A stretch of DNA of 64,000 nucleotides from Asterias rubens (Eukaryota), in the NCBI RefSeq assembly GCF_902459465.1, contig NW_022985734.1, forward strand, positions 1-64,000, in the 5' to 3' direction. Numbering within the stretch: position 1 is the first letter of the stretch; every line of letters starts with the position of its first letter. The position numbers and the translations under genes were made by a program. Below are positions 33,992 through 46,997 of this stretch, piece after piece. The notes under the pieces are model-generated. The model worked only from the letters and a program-made list of their open reading frames with translations, did not search any database and was not told where the DNA came from.

Positions 33992-36584
33992 TTTTGTTGA
34001 AAGGATTTTACTTGTATACGTTTTGTTAACTAGTATTACATTTCCAACAATATTTCTAATATTCATGGTCATGAACTACGTTAAACTAAAATAATGGACG
34101 AAACAAAATGTCCCACGTAAAACTCCATAAGGTTTGAAACATAATGGTCCCGCAAGTTCAAATACGCGCGAGACTTGCTTAGTCTACACAGAAGGTAATA
34201 AATAATTTATTACAAGCAAATGCAATCGTACAATAATAGAAAACCAAAACTAAAAATCAATGCAAAACACATGTAGGGGATGGAGGGCCCAAAAAAAGCA
34301 AACCTTAACGGACCCCCCCCCCCCCCCCCCCTTTTTCTAACGAAGAAAGCAATGTAAGCAATTCTATTTAGTGGGTGTAATCTTATTTAGCGGCAAAACA
34401 ATTCAAAACTACAGGAAGAACAAACACAAAAACAGTTAGCGTAAAATAAAACTTAACCATATACTTAAATGAAACAGATAAACAAAATACCCAAAATAAA
34501 TACTAGAGAAATTGGGCCCCACAACTCTTGCTAGGAAAAAAACCATGTCGAAATATACCATTGTTATCCATTAGAGACGTTTTGTAGTCACCTTGGTTGG
34601 GGAGCGAGGAATCTAGCACAAACACACGAAAATCCCATGGCTGGGACATCAGTTTATACACCAGACAAATCTATTATATGGATATTCTTTTGAATATTTT
34701 ATTTTGTGCACATGGTCCGTGATTCATGGTCCATTGAATATAAGTGGGCGGTTGTATCAACAACAGACTTTTATCCTTTTGATCACCATCAGCCCCATGT
34801 ATAATAAACTTCAACGGCTAACGATTGCACTTTTGGTATTGTCATTGTTAATTTCCGGTTCCATTATGTGCTGTCTGTTACCCTCCACGCATAGATTTTC
34901 TTGTGAATAGTAGCTGTGTATGATTCATGGTTCGCTGAATAATGTGGCAATAACAAACTTTTATCATTTTTAACTGAATGCTTGATTTATTATCTAGAGG
35001 TAAATGGTTGAGGCCAGTAAGAGTATTGTGCACGTACACCATGTAGTTTTTGTTGGAAATCGTTTGCTAACAGCCATTTAAGTTACCCTTTGAAATAAAA
35101 TCAGAAAAATTATAAGTTTGCTTGTTGCATAAAATTAAATTGAAGATGATGCCTGAATTGATTTTTACAATCAGAGTTGGACTCTAGACTGACGTGTTGG
35201 ACTCCTTGAACACTCCAAGTGGTTCAATAGGTAGTGCAATTCCAATACTTATGCTGATGTTCTCATGATGTCAGCATCAACAGGAAGTTCCAACAACTTT
35301 GTCCCCTTGTACAATTAAATATGCAAATATGGGTCACGTGGTTAATTAATTACGATTTTTTGGGGGGTCGGTGTTTTGATGTTTGATCTAGTACAAGTTG
35401 ATTTCACAGAACTCTTAACCACCAAACTCTGCGCTTATGATCACCATTTTTCGCTTACTGTGTTTTTAAACATCATCGTGTCATGCATGCACACAGGTTA
35501 TGTTGGGCTAACATTTGAGAAAAAGAAAAGGCAACACTATCGATATAAAGATAAGAATCAAACTTAAATATTACTTGGGGGATAAAAAAATATTGATTTT
35601 GGACTGAGATTCGAACTCGCTATTCTCAGATGTGTAGTCGCGACTGATGACCACTAGGCTAGAAGGGCACGATGTAAAAATAATGGGTTTTTACATGTGC
35701 GCATCAACAGAGGGGATTATGATCCGGCGAAATAATTCTCGTTTCATGATTTTGCGACCATTGTCACTAAATATGAACTGCTAACGCCTAGTACTATTAT
35801 TAAGTAGGTTGAAATGTAGTATTAGATGCCTCTAGGGTTTTTTGACGACGACGTCGATGTTGTCAAAAACCCCTATCTAATTACGCACGTTCGTTTTAAC
35901 GAAAACCCATGCACAGAGTAATTGGTCCAGAACGCGGTGTTTTTTTCTATCATAATTTTCTCGCAACCTCGATGGCCGATTCAGCCAAAACTTTCACTGG
36001 CTTGTTATTTTATGCTTATGATGGGATACACTAAGTGAGAACACTGGTCTCCGACAATTACCAAACGTGTACAGTGCCTTTAAATAATGTTATTGTGCAA
36101 TTTTATGTAATGAATGTTTGTATCCATCCTGTCATTGCGCTGTCGGATGCACTGGAAAAAAATATCAGCATAACACTTTTGTTAGCAATCTATGGAGAGC
36201 GGTTGACTTTACTTTTTTTTTTTAAATCGATGTCATGAAAAATTGTGTTATTGGATTTCACTATTTTCTCGTGACCCAGATCGATCTCAAACTTCTACAG
36301 GTTTGTCAGTTTATATTAATATAGTGGATTACATAAAGTGCTTACGCTGTCAGCAACTGTTCGTTAGCAAAAAACAATTAGTGTCCTTTAATTAAGTGAA
36401 TCGTTATAGACTGTGTACAAGAGTTGTGTTTTAAAAAAAGTATGGGACGTGTGCACGACTAAGGCTAGCAATCCCTCTCGTCTGGACAACAGCAATGCCA
36501 TTCTCTACGGTTTTACCCATGGCCAGGCTGAACAAAACAGACTCATTCAGAAACTCCAAAACCGTGCTGCCCGTCCCTCATATT

Positions 36585-36788
36585 AGGGACTTTTCGTTTT
36601 CAACGACGGATGGTTCTGCGACGGTAAAGATGACATTTGGCGTCATCTGCGCATGCGTCGGCTTTGAGGACGGTCGTCCTTCAATTTCTGCGACAGTACT
36701 TGGGATGAATCTTCGTTGTGCTGAAAACGACAACGTTTAGCTGAACAACCGTCGCAGAACCATCCGTCGCCGAAAACGAAAAGTCCCT
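36585..36788. mobile_element. MITE with long, near-perfect TIRs and an ATT target-site duplication (probably PIF/Harbinger)
   Basis: ATT|AGGGACTTTTCGTTTTCAACGACGGATGGTTCTGCGACGGT ... ACCGTCGCAGAACCATCCGTCGCCGAAAACGAAAAGTCCCT|ATT. Confidence 0.85.
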
Positions 36789-37684
36789 ATTAAATCATAT
36801 ACCAGCGGCCGATTTCACGAAACGCTAGGATCAATCCTATCTCGAGTTAAGACGAGTAACCCGTCCTAACTTAGGATGGGTTCAATGCGTCCTACGTATT
36901 TGGATACAGAACTGAACCCGTTCTAAGTCCTATTTGCACCGTTGTGGGCGTTGAGGGCGACTGACTCTTTGTCAGTCGCGATTCTGGTGTCCACCGGATG
37001 GACGTTTTGGGCGGAAGGTCCCAAAGTTTTAAAAAGATTTATTCCTCGTGCCCGAATTACCATTGGGAAATCTGGAGTGGACGGCAATGGTAAAACCACT
37101 GGGTGGGTGTCGATGGCTTAGGACCAAGGTAGTATCTATAGTATATATGCTTTCGGGAGGGAAAGGTAAATTTTCTTATTTTCGACCATTTAGACCCATG
37201 TGAGGGAAAATGTGTTTCACTTGCCGGACACAATGGCGGCCGGTCCTTTTGCCCTTGGGTGCATTTGTATGGGACATAATGGTACCCTTTGTAAAATCGT
37301 TGAGAGGTTAACAATGGCACGTTTCTTGGTGGTATCAAGTGTCCATGGTGGTCAGTGGATTGCTTGCGGGCCCATGGGTGTCGCATGAGTGGGTACATGA
37401 GTGTAAGTGTAAGTGCCAGCGCGCACACAGACATCCAAGAGTGATTTTATCGGGGTAGAGAGGACCATCGAGGTATGGTGGTGTGTTGAGATAACTTGAT
37501 GCACCATTGAGGGTCGTGCTAGTTAGTTTAAAAATTCCGTGCTCGGCGCCAGGTTTTGTTCTTTGCCGTAGAACATTTTTTTTTCTTGTTGAGGTTAAAC
37601 TGCAGGGCTTTTGAATTGAGATCCGAAATATTCGGCGCTTCGGATCGGTACCCTAGATAATGGTCCGGAGTTCAGTGCTCCAAT

Positions 37685-39362
37685 GGGGAGAGCCCCCCTT
37701 TTATTTGGTTAGCTTTGCATCCATGTTTTAGATAAACCCGGAAAAGTTTGTAATTTAAATGGGAGTGCCTATCTTTGGTGAGCCTTGCATAAGGCATGGG
37801 TAGTGCCCTATAGTAATGAACATGGTAAGTGCGTGTTTTCTGGTAGTGCCCCTTTTGTTTAGCTTTACATCGGGGAGTGCCCTTAACTAATGAACCCGAA
37901 ACAATGGCCGTTTGAAATGGGGAGTGCCCATCTTTGGTTAGCTTTCCTTCGGGGAGTGCACCAAGTATAATTAACCCGGAAAAATCGGGTGTAAATATGG
38001 GGAGTGCCCATCTTTGTTTGCTTTATGCATGTATCGGGAAGTGCCCCAAGTATAAACCCAGAAAATGGGTGTTTTAAACGGAGAGTGCCCATCGTTGGTT
38101 AGCTTTACATCGGGGAGTGCCCCAAAGTAACGAACCCGAAAGAAAAGAAAAATGGGGGGTGCCCATCTCTGGTTAGCTTTAGATCCCCAAAATGGGTGTT
38201 TTAATGGGGAGTGCCCATCTTTGGTTTAGCTTTCCTTCGGGGAGCGCCCCAAGTATTATAATGAACCCGAAAAAATTGGGTGTTTTAAATGGGGAGTGTA
38301 GTGTTCACGTGATCACACTCGGTTATGCAAATGAGTTGACCTCGTGTAAGGTCACACGGAGGCAGAGTGGAAAACTGAGGAACAGAGAATAAAGCACATG
38401 TTGATGCAGAAATTGAATTCGTATATTATTGCTTTTAATAGTGTTGATGATTGAATTCGTTAGTCTATTAAGAAATTACAGGGAGTGCCTATTTTTGTTT
38501 AGTTTTATGTTCTGAAATGCCCCAAGTATGAACCCGGAAAATGGGTGTTTTAAATGGGGAGTGCCCATCTTCTTCGGGGAGTGCCCCAAGTATTGAACCC
38601 GGAAAATTGTGGGTTTTAAATGGGGAGTGCCCATCTTCGGTTAGCTTTCCTTTTGGGAGTGCCCCAAGGATTGAACCCGGAAAATTGGGTGTTTAAGATG
38701 GGAAGTGCCCATCCTTGGTTAGTTTTCCTTCGGGGAGTGCCCCAAGTAATGAACCCGACAAAATCGGTTATGTAATGGGGAGTACCCATCTTTGGTTAGT
38801 TTTATATCCGGAAGTGCCCCAAGTATACACCCGGAAAATGGGTGTTTTAAATGGGGAGTTCCCATCTTTAGTTAGCTCCTTCGGGGAGTGCCCCGAGTAT
38901 TGAACCCGGAAAATCGGGTGTTTTTAATGGGGAGTGTCCATCTTTGTTTAGCTTTCTTTCGGGGAGTGCCCCAGTAATGAACCCATAAAAATTGGTGTTT
39001 TAATTGGGGACGGAATGGCCCATCTTCTTGTTTAGCTTTTCATCGGGGAGAGCCCCAAGTAATAAACCCGGAAAAAAAAAAAAAATAAAAAAAAAATGGG
39101 TGTTTGAAATGGAGAGTGACCATCTTTGGTTTTTCATCGGGGAGTGATCCCATTAATAATACTCAAAAAAAAAAAAAAAAAACGCTTTGGATGGCGAGTG
39201 CCCCACTTGGGTAGGCCTTGCGTAATGAGGGAGTGCCCTGAGTAATGAGCCCTGAAAATGGGTGTTTCTAAACGGGGAGTGCCCCTCTCTTTTGGTCTTG
39301 GCCGGCACTGGGGCGTCCCCCTTGCTTGGGCCTTGGAAGTTAGGGAAAAGCGGGGAGTGCCC
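37685..39362. repeat. GGGGAGTGCCC tandem array (~78-bp dimeric unit), interrupted at about 38300-38480
   Basis: Unit AAAATGGGTGTTTTAAATGGGGAGTGCCCATCTTTGGTTAGCTTTCCTTCGGGGAGTGCCCCAAGTAATGAACCCGG. Confidence 0.9.
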
Positions 39363-41074
39363 CCTTAGGTTTAGGCGTATTTTGGTTTAATCGGCCAATG
39401 GACGCTGGAAAATCTCTACAGGCAAAATGAGGTCTAGTATTTGGAGAGTGCCTCCATCCAGAGATCATGATTTGAAGCTTTAAGACGTACAAAATAAGTT
39501 TGTATACATATTTGTGTAGAGCCAGTAGGGGAGATGGCCTTAGCTTTGATCCACACCGGGTCTTCGTCAGATGTGTAAGCAAACACAAGCAACATAGCAA
39601 AAGGAGGGCAAAGAACTATGGGAAGGCTCCGAAAAAGCGGAAATTATACCCATTCAAAGTTGTTATCTTACAGACATGTGGTGGCTGCGATCCCTTAAGA
39701 GTAACATAGTGAGGACAGAATGATGGTCAATGGAAGGGTGGATTACCGGCCAAAAAGGCTAGCTAGTAGGGGAGCAGGACTTTCGTATCTTATAAAGTTA
39801 GAAATAAAAGGAAAGGCAACGGGGAATGCCACACTTCCGGTTTTGGCGGGCAGCAGGGGAAGGCCCTAGGAAATGGACTTGGAGGTGTGCACTCTGAAAG
39901 TTTGGCGCCTCTGTTGGTTTGGCCTTTGGCCTTAGTTAGCCTTGGTAGGAGGGCGGTATTTATAGGTACGGCTCAGGGGGAGTACCCCCTCAGTTACCCC
40001 TTAGTCTGAATGGCGTTGCGTTTATGCATTGAGTATGGTCTGAGAGTGTTCTAAATGGGGAGTGCCTTTATAGTGGTTTTGGCACCATAATATAGGAAAC
40101 TGGCCCGGTTAATGGGGTTCCTATAAGACTAGAGCTCAATAAAAAAAGCTTCTTAAAGGAGGTTTGGCATATTGTTTGCACTTGTATCACGGTTATTCAA
40201 TGCAGGCAAAGTCGGCTCTGAAAGTCCATAAACCTGGCAGGCTTCAGTTGCTTAAGGCTTCCCGAGACCGGTTAAGGATCGTAACGTAGCTTATGTTATG
40301 GCTCTACGATCGTAACGTAGCTTATGTTATGGCTCTCCTTCGTAAGTACGTCTCCGAGTTCGCACCTCTATCACCCGAGGACATCAAAGAGAAGCAGTTG
40401 TATGTGCCGAGAGACAGTGATGTCTGTTTCCGTTGCCGAAAAAGGGGTAAAATTTTTATCGAGACTGCAAGGAAATACTCTAAGTTTTCCCGAGCCGGTT
40501 TGGCATGGTGGACTTTTAGTCAACGTACGTCGGGGGAAGGGAGCCCTCGGGTGATATTTGGGTTTTCTATGTGCATGCTCTAAAGTGGGGAATCATTAGA
40601 TTTTCAGGTTTGTTCGAGAAATGCCTCGCCCCCTACTTACTCACAAAAAAAAAGTTGCACGTAGAACACTGAGTCGTTTTGTAGTATTGTGGTTTAGTGT
40701 GTCAAATAAAACAATTTGAGCGGTTGGCAGTTGTGAGATGTATTCATTATTTATTGTCCGAGTTTTGTTTCCTTTTTATAAACTTTATAGAACGGTCATT
40801 GGCCGTTGGAAATGTTTTATAAGCTGTGCTTTGAACGGTTTCTCTCTTGATTAAACCTCGGAGTATAGGCGGTTCTTGAAGATATTTGGAACCCATGTGT
40901 GGGAGCGCTCATCTTGCTACCCCTTTGACTATGTTGCAGCTCAGGCTGCAAGGCGGCGCAGAGGTTCGTGTTTCTGGGTAGATATATCATGAGTTGTTGC
41001 AGGGCCCCCCGATGGATCAGAGCCAAGTCCTGCTAAAGTTCTTTCAGGTGTTTGCCGGCCTAATTTTCAAGCCC

Positions 41075-41382
41075 TGCGGTTTCGAGACCCAGATTTATTT
41101 GTAGCTGGAAGGTCTGCACGATCATCCCAAGCGTGGAATGACATATTGACTGAGTGCCCTCACGCCGGCCAGCAGATAGGGCGATGGTTGCGTCAGGGCG
41201 TAGACTTGTTTGAGTTTTCCCAACCCTTTAGAGGGAAATACCGGGGTAGAACCTTTGACTCGGCTATCCTTCCACCCATGTACTTTTCTAACGCCCCTAT
41301 TTGCAAGGAATTCACCCCTTTCATTATTGAGACAATTTCGAAGCGCCTTGTAGAGGGTTCAGTGGAGCTTTTGGGGCGGTAA
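41075..41382 (+). mobile_element. Truncated N-terminal region of a DIRS-like (tyrosine-recombinase retrotransposon) RT ORF
   Basis: LRFRDPDLFVAG..W.DIL..WLRQGVDLFEF..FRGKYRGRTFDS..PPMYFSNAPICKEF..FI.ETI..RL.EGSV. I recall this pattern immediately upstream of the RT core in invertebrate DIRS-type ORFs. It breaks off before the RT core. Confidence 0.55.
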
Positions 41383-43038
41383 AAAGCACAAACCGCCGAG
41401 GTGTGTCAATGCGCTCACCATCGAACCTCTCCAAAACAGACTAGTTTTGTCGATGAAGGGGCCAAACATCTGCTGTAAGGATACACCTTTCAAATTAGTT
41501 CCATTGGGGAATACTGTGTAGCCTTGATCAAGGCTGTGTAATAAAGCTAAAACCATAGAGCACCTCAGCCGCCCGAATGTCCCCCGACTGACTCTAACAG
41601 AATAGCACACCATACTCTCACTCTCACCCACACACCCACACAGCGCCTGTAATGTACATCCACGCAGCCCCGCACTCTGAAAGATGCACAACAGCGCCCT
41701 CATTAGGCTCGAAAATACACAACTGCGCTATAATGCGAAGCCGTGTTGTCAATTTATTTTATACGATAACTCACAAGAAACCATTAGAGGATTATTTCAA
41801 TAATTATGGGAAAAGAAGCCCGAACTCCGTACAAATAATTAATAACTATTAATATTGCCGTACTACATATTACCCCAAAAGGGAAATAATTAAAGGCCGA
41901 ATCCTACTACACAATTGACCCAATTAGAGGATTATTTAAAAAAGGGAAAGAAAGCCCGAATTCCGTACAATTATTGCTCAAGCAGCTCTATGAAATTGGC
42001 CCCCGAGGGGGAGAAGGCAATTGTCAAAGACCAATGGTGTATCTCAACATAGGCCTATGCACAAAATAACAAACCTGTGAAAAACATTGAGCTCAATTGG
42101 TCGTTGTGCGATAAATAATAATGGAAGAAAAAACATCCTTATCGCACTATGTGTGCTTTCATGCTTGATTTCGGACTTCAAAATCTAATTCTGAGGTCTC
42201 GCAAATTCAAATATTTTAGTGGAAAATTACTTCTTTCTCGAAAGACAAGTTACTTCTGAGGGAGCCGTTTCTCACATACCAATAGTGTCCAGTGCAAATC
42301 ACAATGGAGTCAAGGCCAGAATACCACAGTTTCTCACACAATATTTGACGTAATTTTCCCTGCATCTTTAAACGACCTTATTAAATAATGAGAAGAATAA
42401 GTCACAATATGTACAGTGATGAACTAGAAGCATTCTCAAGTAGCCTTCCGTTTTATTCATTCTTTTATGTATGTAATAACAGAAGGCTAATATAGAAAGT
42501 CAAACTAAAAATAGAGGGCGGTATTGCGTGAAACGAGCCTCGAATTGTGACATCAGATGTTCAGGCTACGATAATTATTCGCTCGGCCCCAGCGGCCAGT
42601 CTATCCAGGACCACTGGGATGGGCTAATCGCTTGCACAGATTCTTGTTCAGGAAGTATGTCATGCGTACAGTGCATATAAATATGGTGCAGTGTGAGTGT
42701 GATTCATGATGGGACTGCGCATTATCAAACCAATGACAGTGCATGATACGTTTGCCCATCCCAGCGCCTTTGGTTAAAGCAATGTGCTGGGGACGAGCGA
42801 TCGATAATTATCACAAACTGACTTGCTTATGCATATAAACTGCCCAGAGTTGGCGCCCTTGTCGAAGCACAAACGGAGTCAGTCCAGAATAGCACCATTT
42901 CTCAGAGTCTTTGATTTAATCTGCACAGCATCTTTAATACAAGACTTGCAGTCCAGAGGCGTTAATATCTCTCGAAACATCAACATTTCTAATTTATTAT
43001 TATCTTTTCATAAAAATCGAAACAGAAAAGTATTATGA

Positions 43039-45149
43039 TCATTTTATATTCCACTTTGGCCATTCCTTGTCCAGGAAAGTAAGAGGGTCCATCGTGTCAA
43101 TAAAGAGTTTTCCGCGTAGATGGTCTACTTCGTGTTGGATGATTCTAGCGGCATAGCCAGTAGTTCGCCACGAAACCTCTTCCCCTTTCTCATTCAAACC
43201 TGGATAACAAAACAATAACAAGAACATAATAAATGAGCAGGCCTCTATGCTTCGTTTTTGAAAGGCTTGTCTCCTTGTTATGGGAAAATTGTAAATTTCT
43301 GAGTTCAAGAGCACTTCAAGGGCACCAAGGCAATGACCATAGGGCACTGGGGCAATCACCTCCGTTGCCTCCATGAAGTATTAGGCCTGAATGGGTATGT
43401 CAGGGGTGAGAGTAAAATGCTGGGAAAATAGTCTGAAACTTGGATCTGGATCATTGGAGGTTCTTTGAAACGATGAGAATTTTCAAATTTTGCTAACTTA
43501 AGGAGTTACAGAAAACGAGAAAACAGCATCCCAGTGCTGGAGATGTAGATCAAAGAGCAGAAATTGCAAGTGAAAGAACGCTTTGTACATGTACACAACA
43601 CCATGTACAGGTGAAACATTCAAATACGAGCAATTTTTAAAAGATAACAATTAGAAACAGTCGCCCAAAATTATGAACAATTATTTTGTAAAGCATTTGA
43701 AAGATTAAACAGAGAAATATAGTGGCAATGATGCATCAACAGAAACAGGTGTAATTTCGATCCATTAATCGTCGTCTGCTCAGAGCTATACGTATAAGGT
43801 CATCAATGGCAATTTCCTATACGAAATTATCAAAAGGTCCTTAATGAAAAATGCATACAAATGTACCAACGAACCAAAATAGTCAACATAAAAATAAAAA
43901 CATTTGGTTTCTTTAGAATGGTTCTTTTTGCTTAACAAATACTTTGACGACCATTCTTGATCAATAAACCCATATTAACAGGAGCTCCAAAATATCCAGA
44001 CAAGTTGCACTAAGGATCTTAAATAGTTCTGAGCAGCCGCAATATTACAACCCAAACCAATCACATTCTAAACAGTTGAACAAACCTGTTATTTGAACAC
44101 CATAGGCCCGAGGTACACAAGCATCATATCCGCAAAGGCTCATACAGCCTTCTAAAAAGGTCACGACACGTGGGTCAACGACCTTGACTTTCGGATTGAT
44201 GAACACCTTCAGAGGGAAGACTTTACATTCTTGTGCTTTTAGAACCTACAAAGAGTTGAACAAAAAAAAACTTAGTTAAAATATTTTGTTTTGAAAAGAC
44301 TAGAGCAAAGATCGTTAATTTGGAAGGCTAAATAATCTCAGTCAAACTGAGAAGCTGAGCCGAATTGCGAAGGACTTGGCTACAATGTGGTCGAAGGGGC
44401 CTTTTGACAGCTTGTCGCATCGACCATAATAGACCACAGACAGAGAACCAACGCTCTCCTCTCCCATGCCTTCCCCACTGAGCTATTTATGGGCATTTTC
44501 GAATCCACGGTTTCAGCTTTTGATTCGGCTTCATGCTCTATCCTTTCGTCTGAAGTCCTGAGCACATTTGTAAAGCAGGCACAATATTGTCAAAACAACC
44601 GCAGGACCAAGCTGAATCTTGAGCTGAAGCTGTGGTTTCGAAAAGGTCCCATAACATTTCCAAAAAGTATTATCTCACCTCCTCGTCAAACCACTTCAAG
44701 TGTCTCTTCGTTAATTCCATAACGATGATTTGTTTGGCGACGCCCACCTGGGGCGCGGCACAACCGACAGCTCTAACCTTCCTCATCTGTTTCACCATCG
44801 TCCTAATAACGTTCTGTATCTCTGCTGATTTGATCTGCCGAGGGTCGACGGGTGAACTTTGACCCCGGAGTATCGGGTCACCAACTTGGCAGATGTGATC
44901 ATAGGGTGGGACCTTCATCTTGGGTCTTCTCAAGAGACTACGAATCTGCCGAAGAATTTGTTTGCCGAGTGTTTCCTCAATAATCACTCTGCTTGCAAAT
45001 GTTCTCCTTTGCTCAGAAACGTTTAGTTCAATAGGCTTTTGAAGCCTTCTTGTCTCCTGGGCACATATTGGTCTAAGATACTGAGCACTTCTTGTGTTCA
45101 ATGATGGACATACATTTAACAATGCACTGATTCTAACACAAACAGCCAT
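43039..45149 (-). CDS. PDF: Peptide deformylase, mitochondrial (PDF1A type), 263 aa; exons 44679-45149, 44086-44245, 43039-43199
   Basis: Motifs GCAAPQVG, EGCMS, QHEVDHLRG; basic N-terminal presequence; intact frame with GT/AG introns. Confidence 0.95.
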
Positions 45150-45464
45150 AGTTGGTAAGAAAGAGCACACATCCAAGGGCAAGGCCTTATCTAATTCAAT
45201 TAGAGTTTAATCTTGAAGTTTGAAGGTTGAGTATTGCCATCACATTCATCAGATCATGCTGGATAAAAAAAAGAGTCAATAAACTTTGTCATGATGTCAC
45301 TGTCAGGTATGATGTACAGATAAATAGAGATTCACAGTTTAAAGTCATTTAGCCTTTGAGAAAGACTCTGCTAGAGTCGAAACATCAGGCCATTAAATAT
45401 TTTCTGCATCAGTATCAAGAGAGGGCGCTGTTGAACCCACACAACCCACACAAAGGTTAAGTCG

Positions 45465-46025
45465 TGCATGACAACATACACTGCATAGCAAACTGCCCCA
45501 TCCTATTCCCCACAACGCATTGCGGTTCTGAATCGCGATAAACCTTATTGAAATTCTACTCTACCTCTAGCCTAGGTAGGCTACATTACATACCAGCTAG
45601 TTATAAAAACCCTGAGAAAGCATGGAGGTAGTTCTACTTCCCTTTATCCATGCTTTATCATATCTCATATCTGCCATGATCAATGTTGATCGTGCTTCTG
45701 ATTTGTGGTGTGGGTCTGTCCTTGCTCTATGGTCCTACCAGACGTACCTTACAGTCCAGACATGTCGATGACAGCATACACTGCATAGCAAACTGCCCCA
45801 TCTTATTACCCACAACGCATTGCGGTTCTGAATCGCGATAAACCTTATTGAAATTCTACTCCTAGCCTTAGAGGTACGCTACATGCATGGAGGTAGTTCT
45901 ACTGTACTACGTACTCTAGTACTACTTCCCTATCATACTCATTATCTGCCATGTGAACCATGGTGATCGTGCTTCATATTTGTGGTGTTGGCCCTACAGA
46001 CGAACCCTACAGACATGATGACAGT
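45465..46025. repeat. ~300-bp imperfect tandem duplication in the PDF 5' intron
   Basis: CATACACTGCATAGCAAACTGCCCCATC..GAAATTCTACT occurs at about 45476 and 45776. Confidence 0.8.
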
Positions 46026-46306
46026 AGAGTAGTTGCGCGTCTGCGATAACGAGACCCTCCTCCCTGCCCCGAGAGCCCGGGGATTACGAAACTCTGTGCA
46101 CAAAACGGAGCGAAATTTTGTTAACCACGTACAATTTCGACACATGTTGACAGACTAGTCACCAGATTTTCCCTTTTATACCACTTTCAATAATCATGAC
46201 ACAAATTCTACGCGCACAAACTTGATCGTGAATGTCTAACGAATCCATTCATAACACTCATAACGCCATTGAGGAAACATTTTGTAAAAAAGGGACAAAC
46301 ACTTAC

Positions 46307-46997
46307 CACAGACCGGAGTGAACGATAAACTTCCCAAGTTTGGATTGTGAACCTTGTCGGCAGAGGGCGGATGCTTCGGATAGAAGAACACTTGAGGGCG
46401 CTATTTATAGAGGCCTGGGCGGGCGTTGTGTGTCCGGTCCTACTACTTTGCCGTCAACTCGCCGACTTGCCGTCAACTCACCGTCAACTCATTTTCGTGC
46501 CGTCAACTCATTAAATTTACATGAAAAATTTATAAATGGGACACGGAAGTGTTAAGTCTGGGCTAAACTACATATTTCTCATGGTTTTCGGTAAAAATTC
46601 ATTCACAAAAACGACTTTGTGTTGATAAAAAAAAAGTACCAATCATTGACATCTTGGGCCAAGACTAATCAATGTGAAAAAGCAAGATGGCGGCCGACGG
46701 TTTTGCTGTTTCGAGATAATTTTTTCACGAGAAAAAAACTCAATTTTTATTCCGAAATATGACCAAAAACTTTCGCGAATTCTCTTTGAGCTGATACTTT
46801 ACAGTTCTATGTTTCTTTTGTGGATTTTAAATGTATATTGGAGGAGTTGACGGCGAGTTGACGGCGCAAGTGAGTTGACGGCGAGTTGACGGCAAGTTGA
46901 CGGCAAGTAGTAGGACCCGATGTGTCTGCTGTGTGTCAGAGGAGAGAAACGCAACGTTTTCAATTTAGTTTCTGTTGCTAACTTCAAGTTATTCAAT
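46307..46997. promoter_or_regulatory. Probable bidirectional promoter between PDF (-) and KDSR (+)
   Basis: Minus-strand GTAAGT donor at 46301-46306 (putative PDF 5'-UTR exon); KDSR ATG at 46998; YY1-type CAAGATGGCGGC at about 46683. Confidence 0.55.
46436..46917. mobile_element. MITE-like inverted-repeat element with CCGTCAACT subterminal repeats
   Basis: GGTCCTACTACTTTGCCGTCAACTCGCC ... GGCGAGTTGACGGCAAGTTGACGGCAAGTAGTAGGACC; no clear target-site duplication. Confidence 0.75.

Noticed and set aside
43039-43374. 111-aa ORF as a standalone gene
   Set aside because: Only 43039-43199 is coding (PDF exon 3); the rest is intron read-through.
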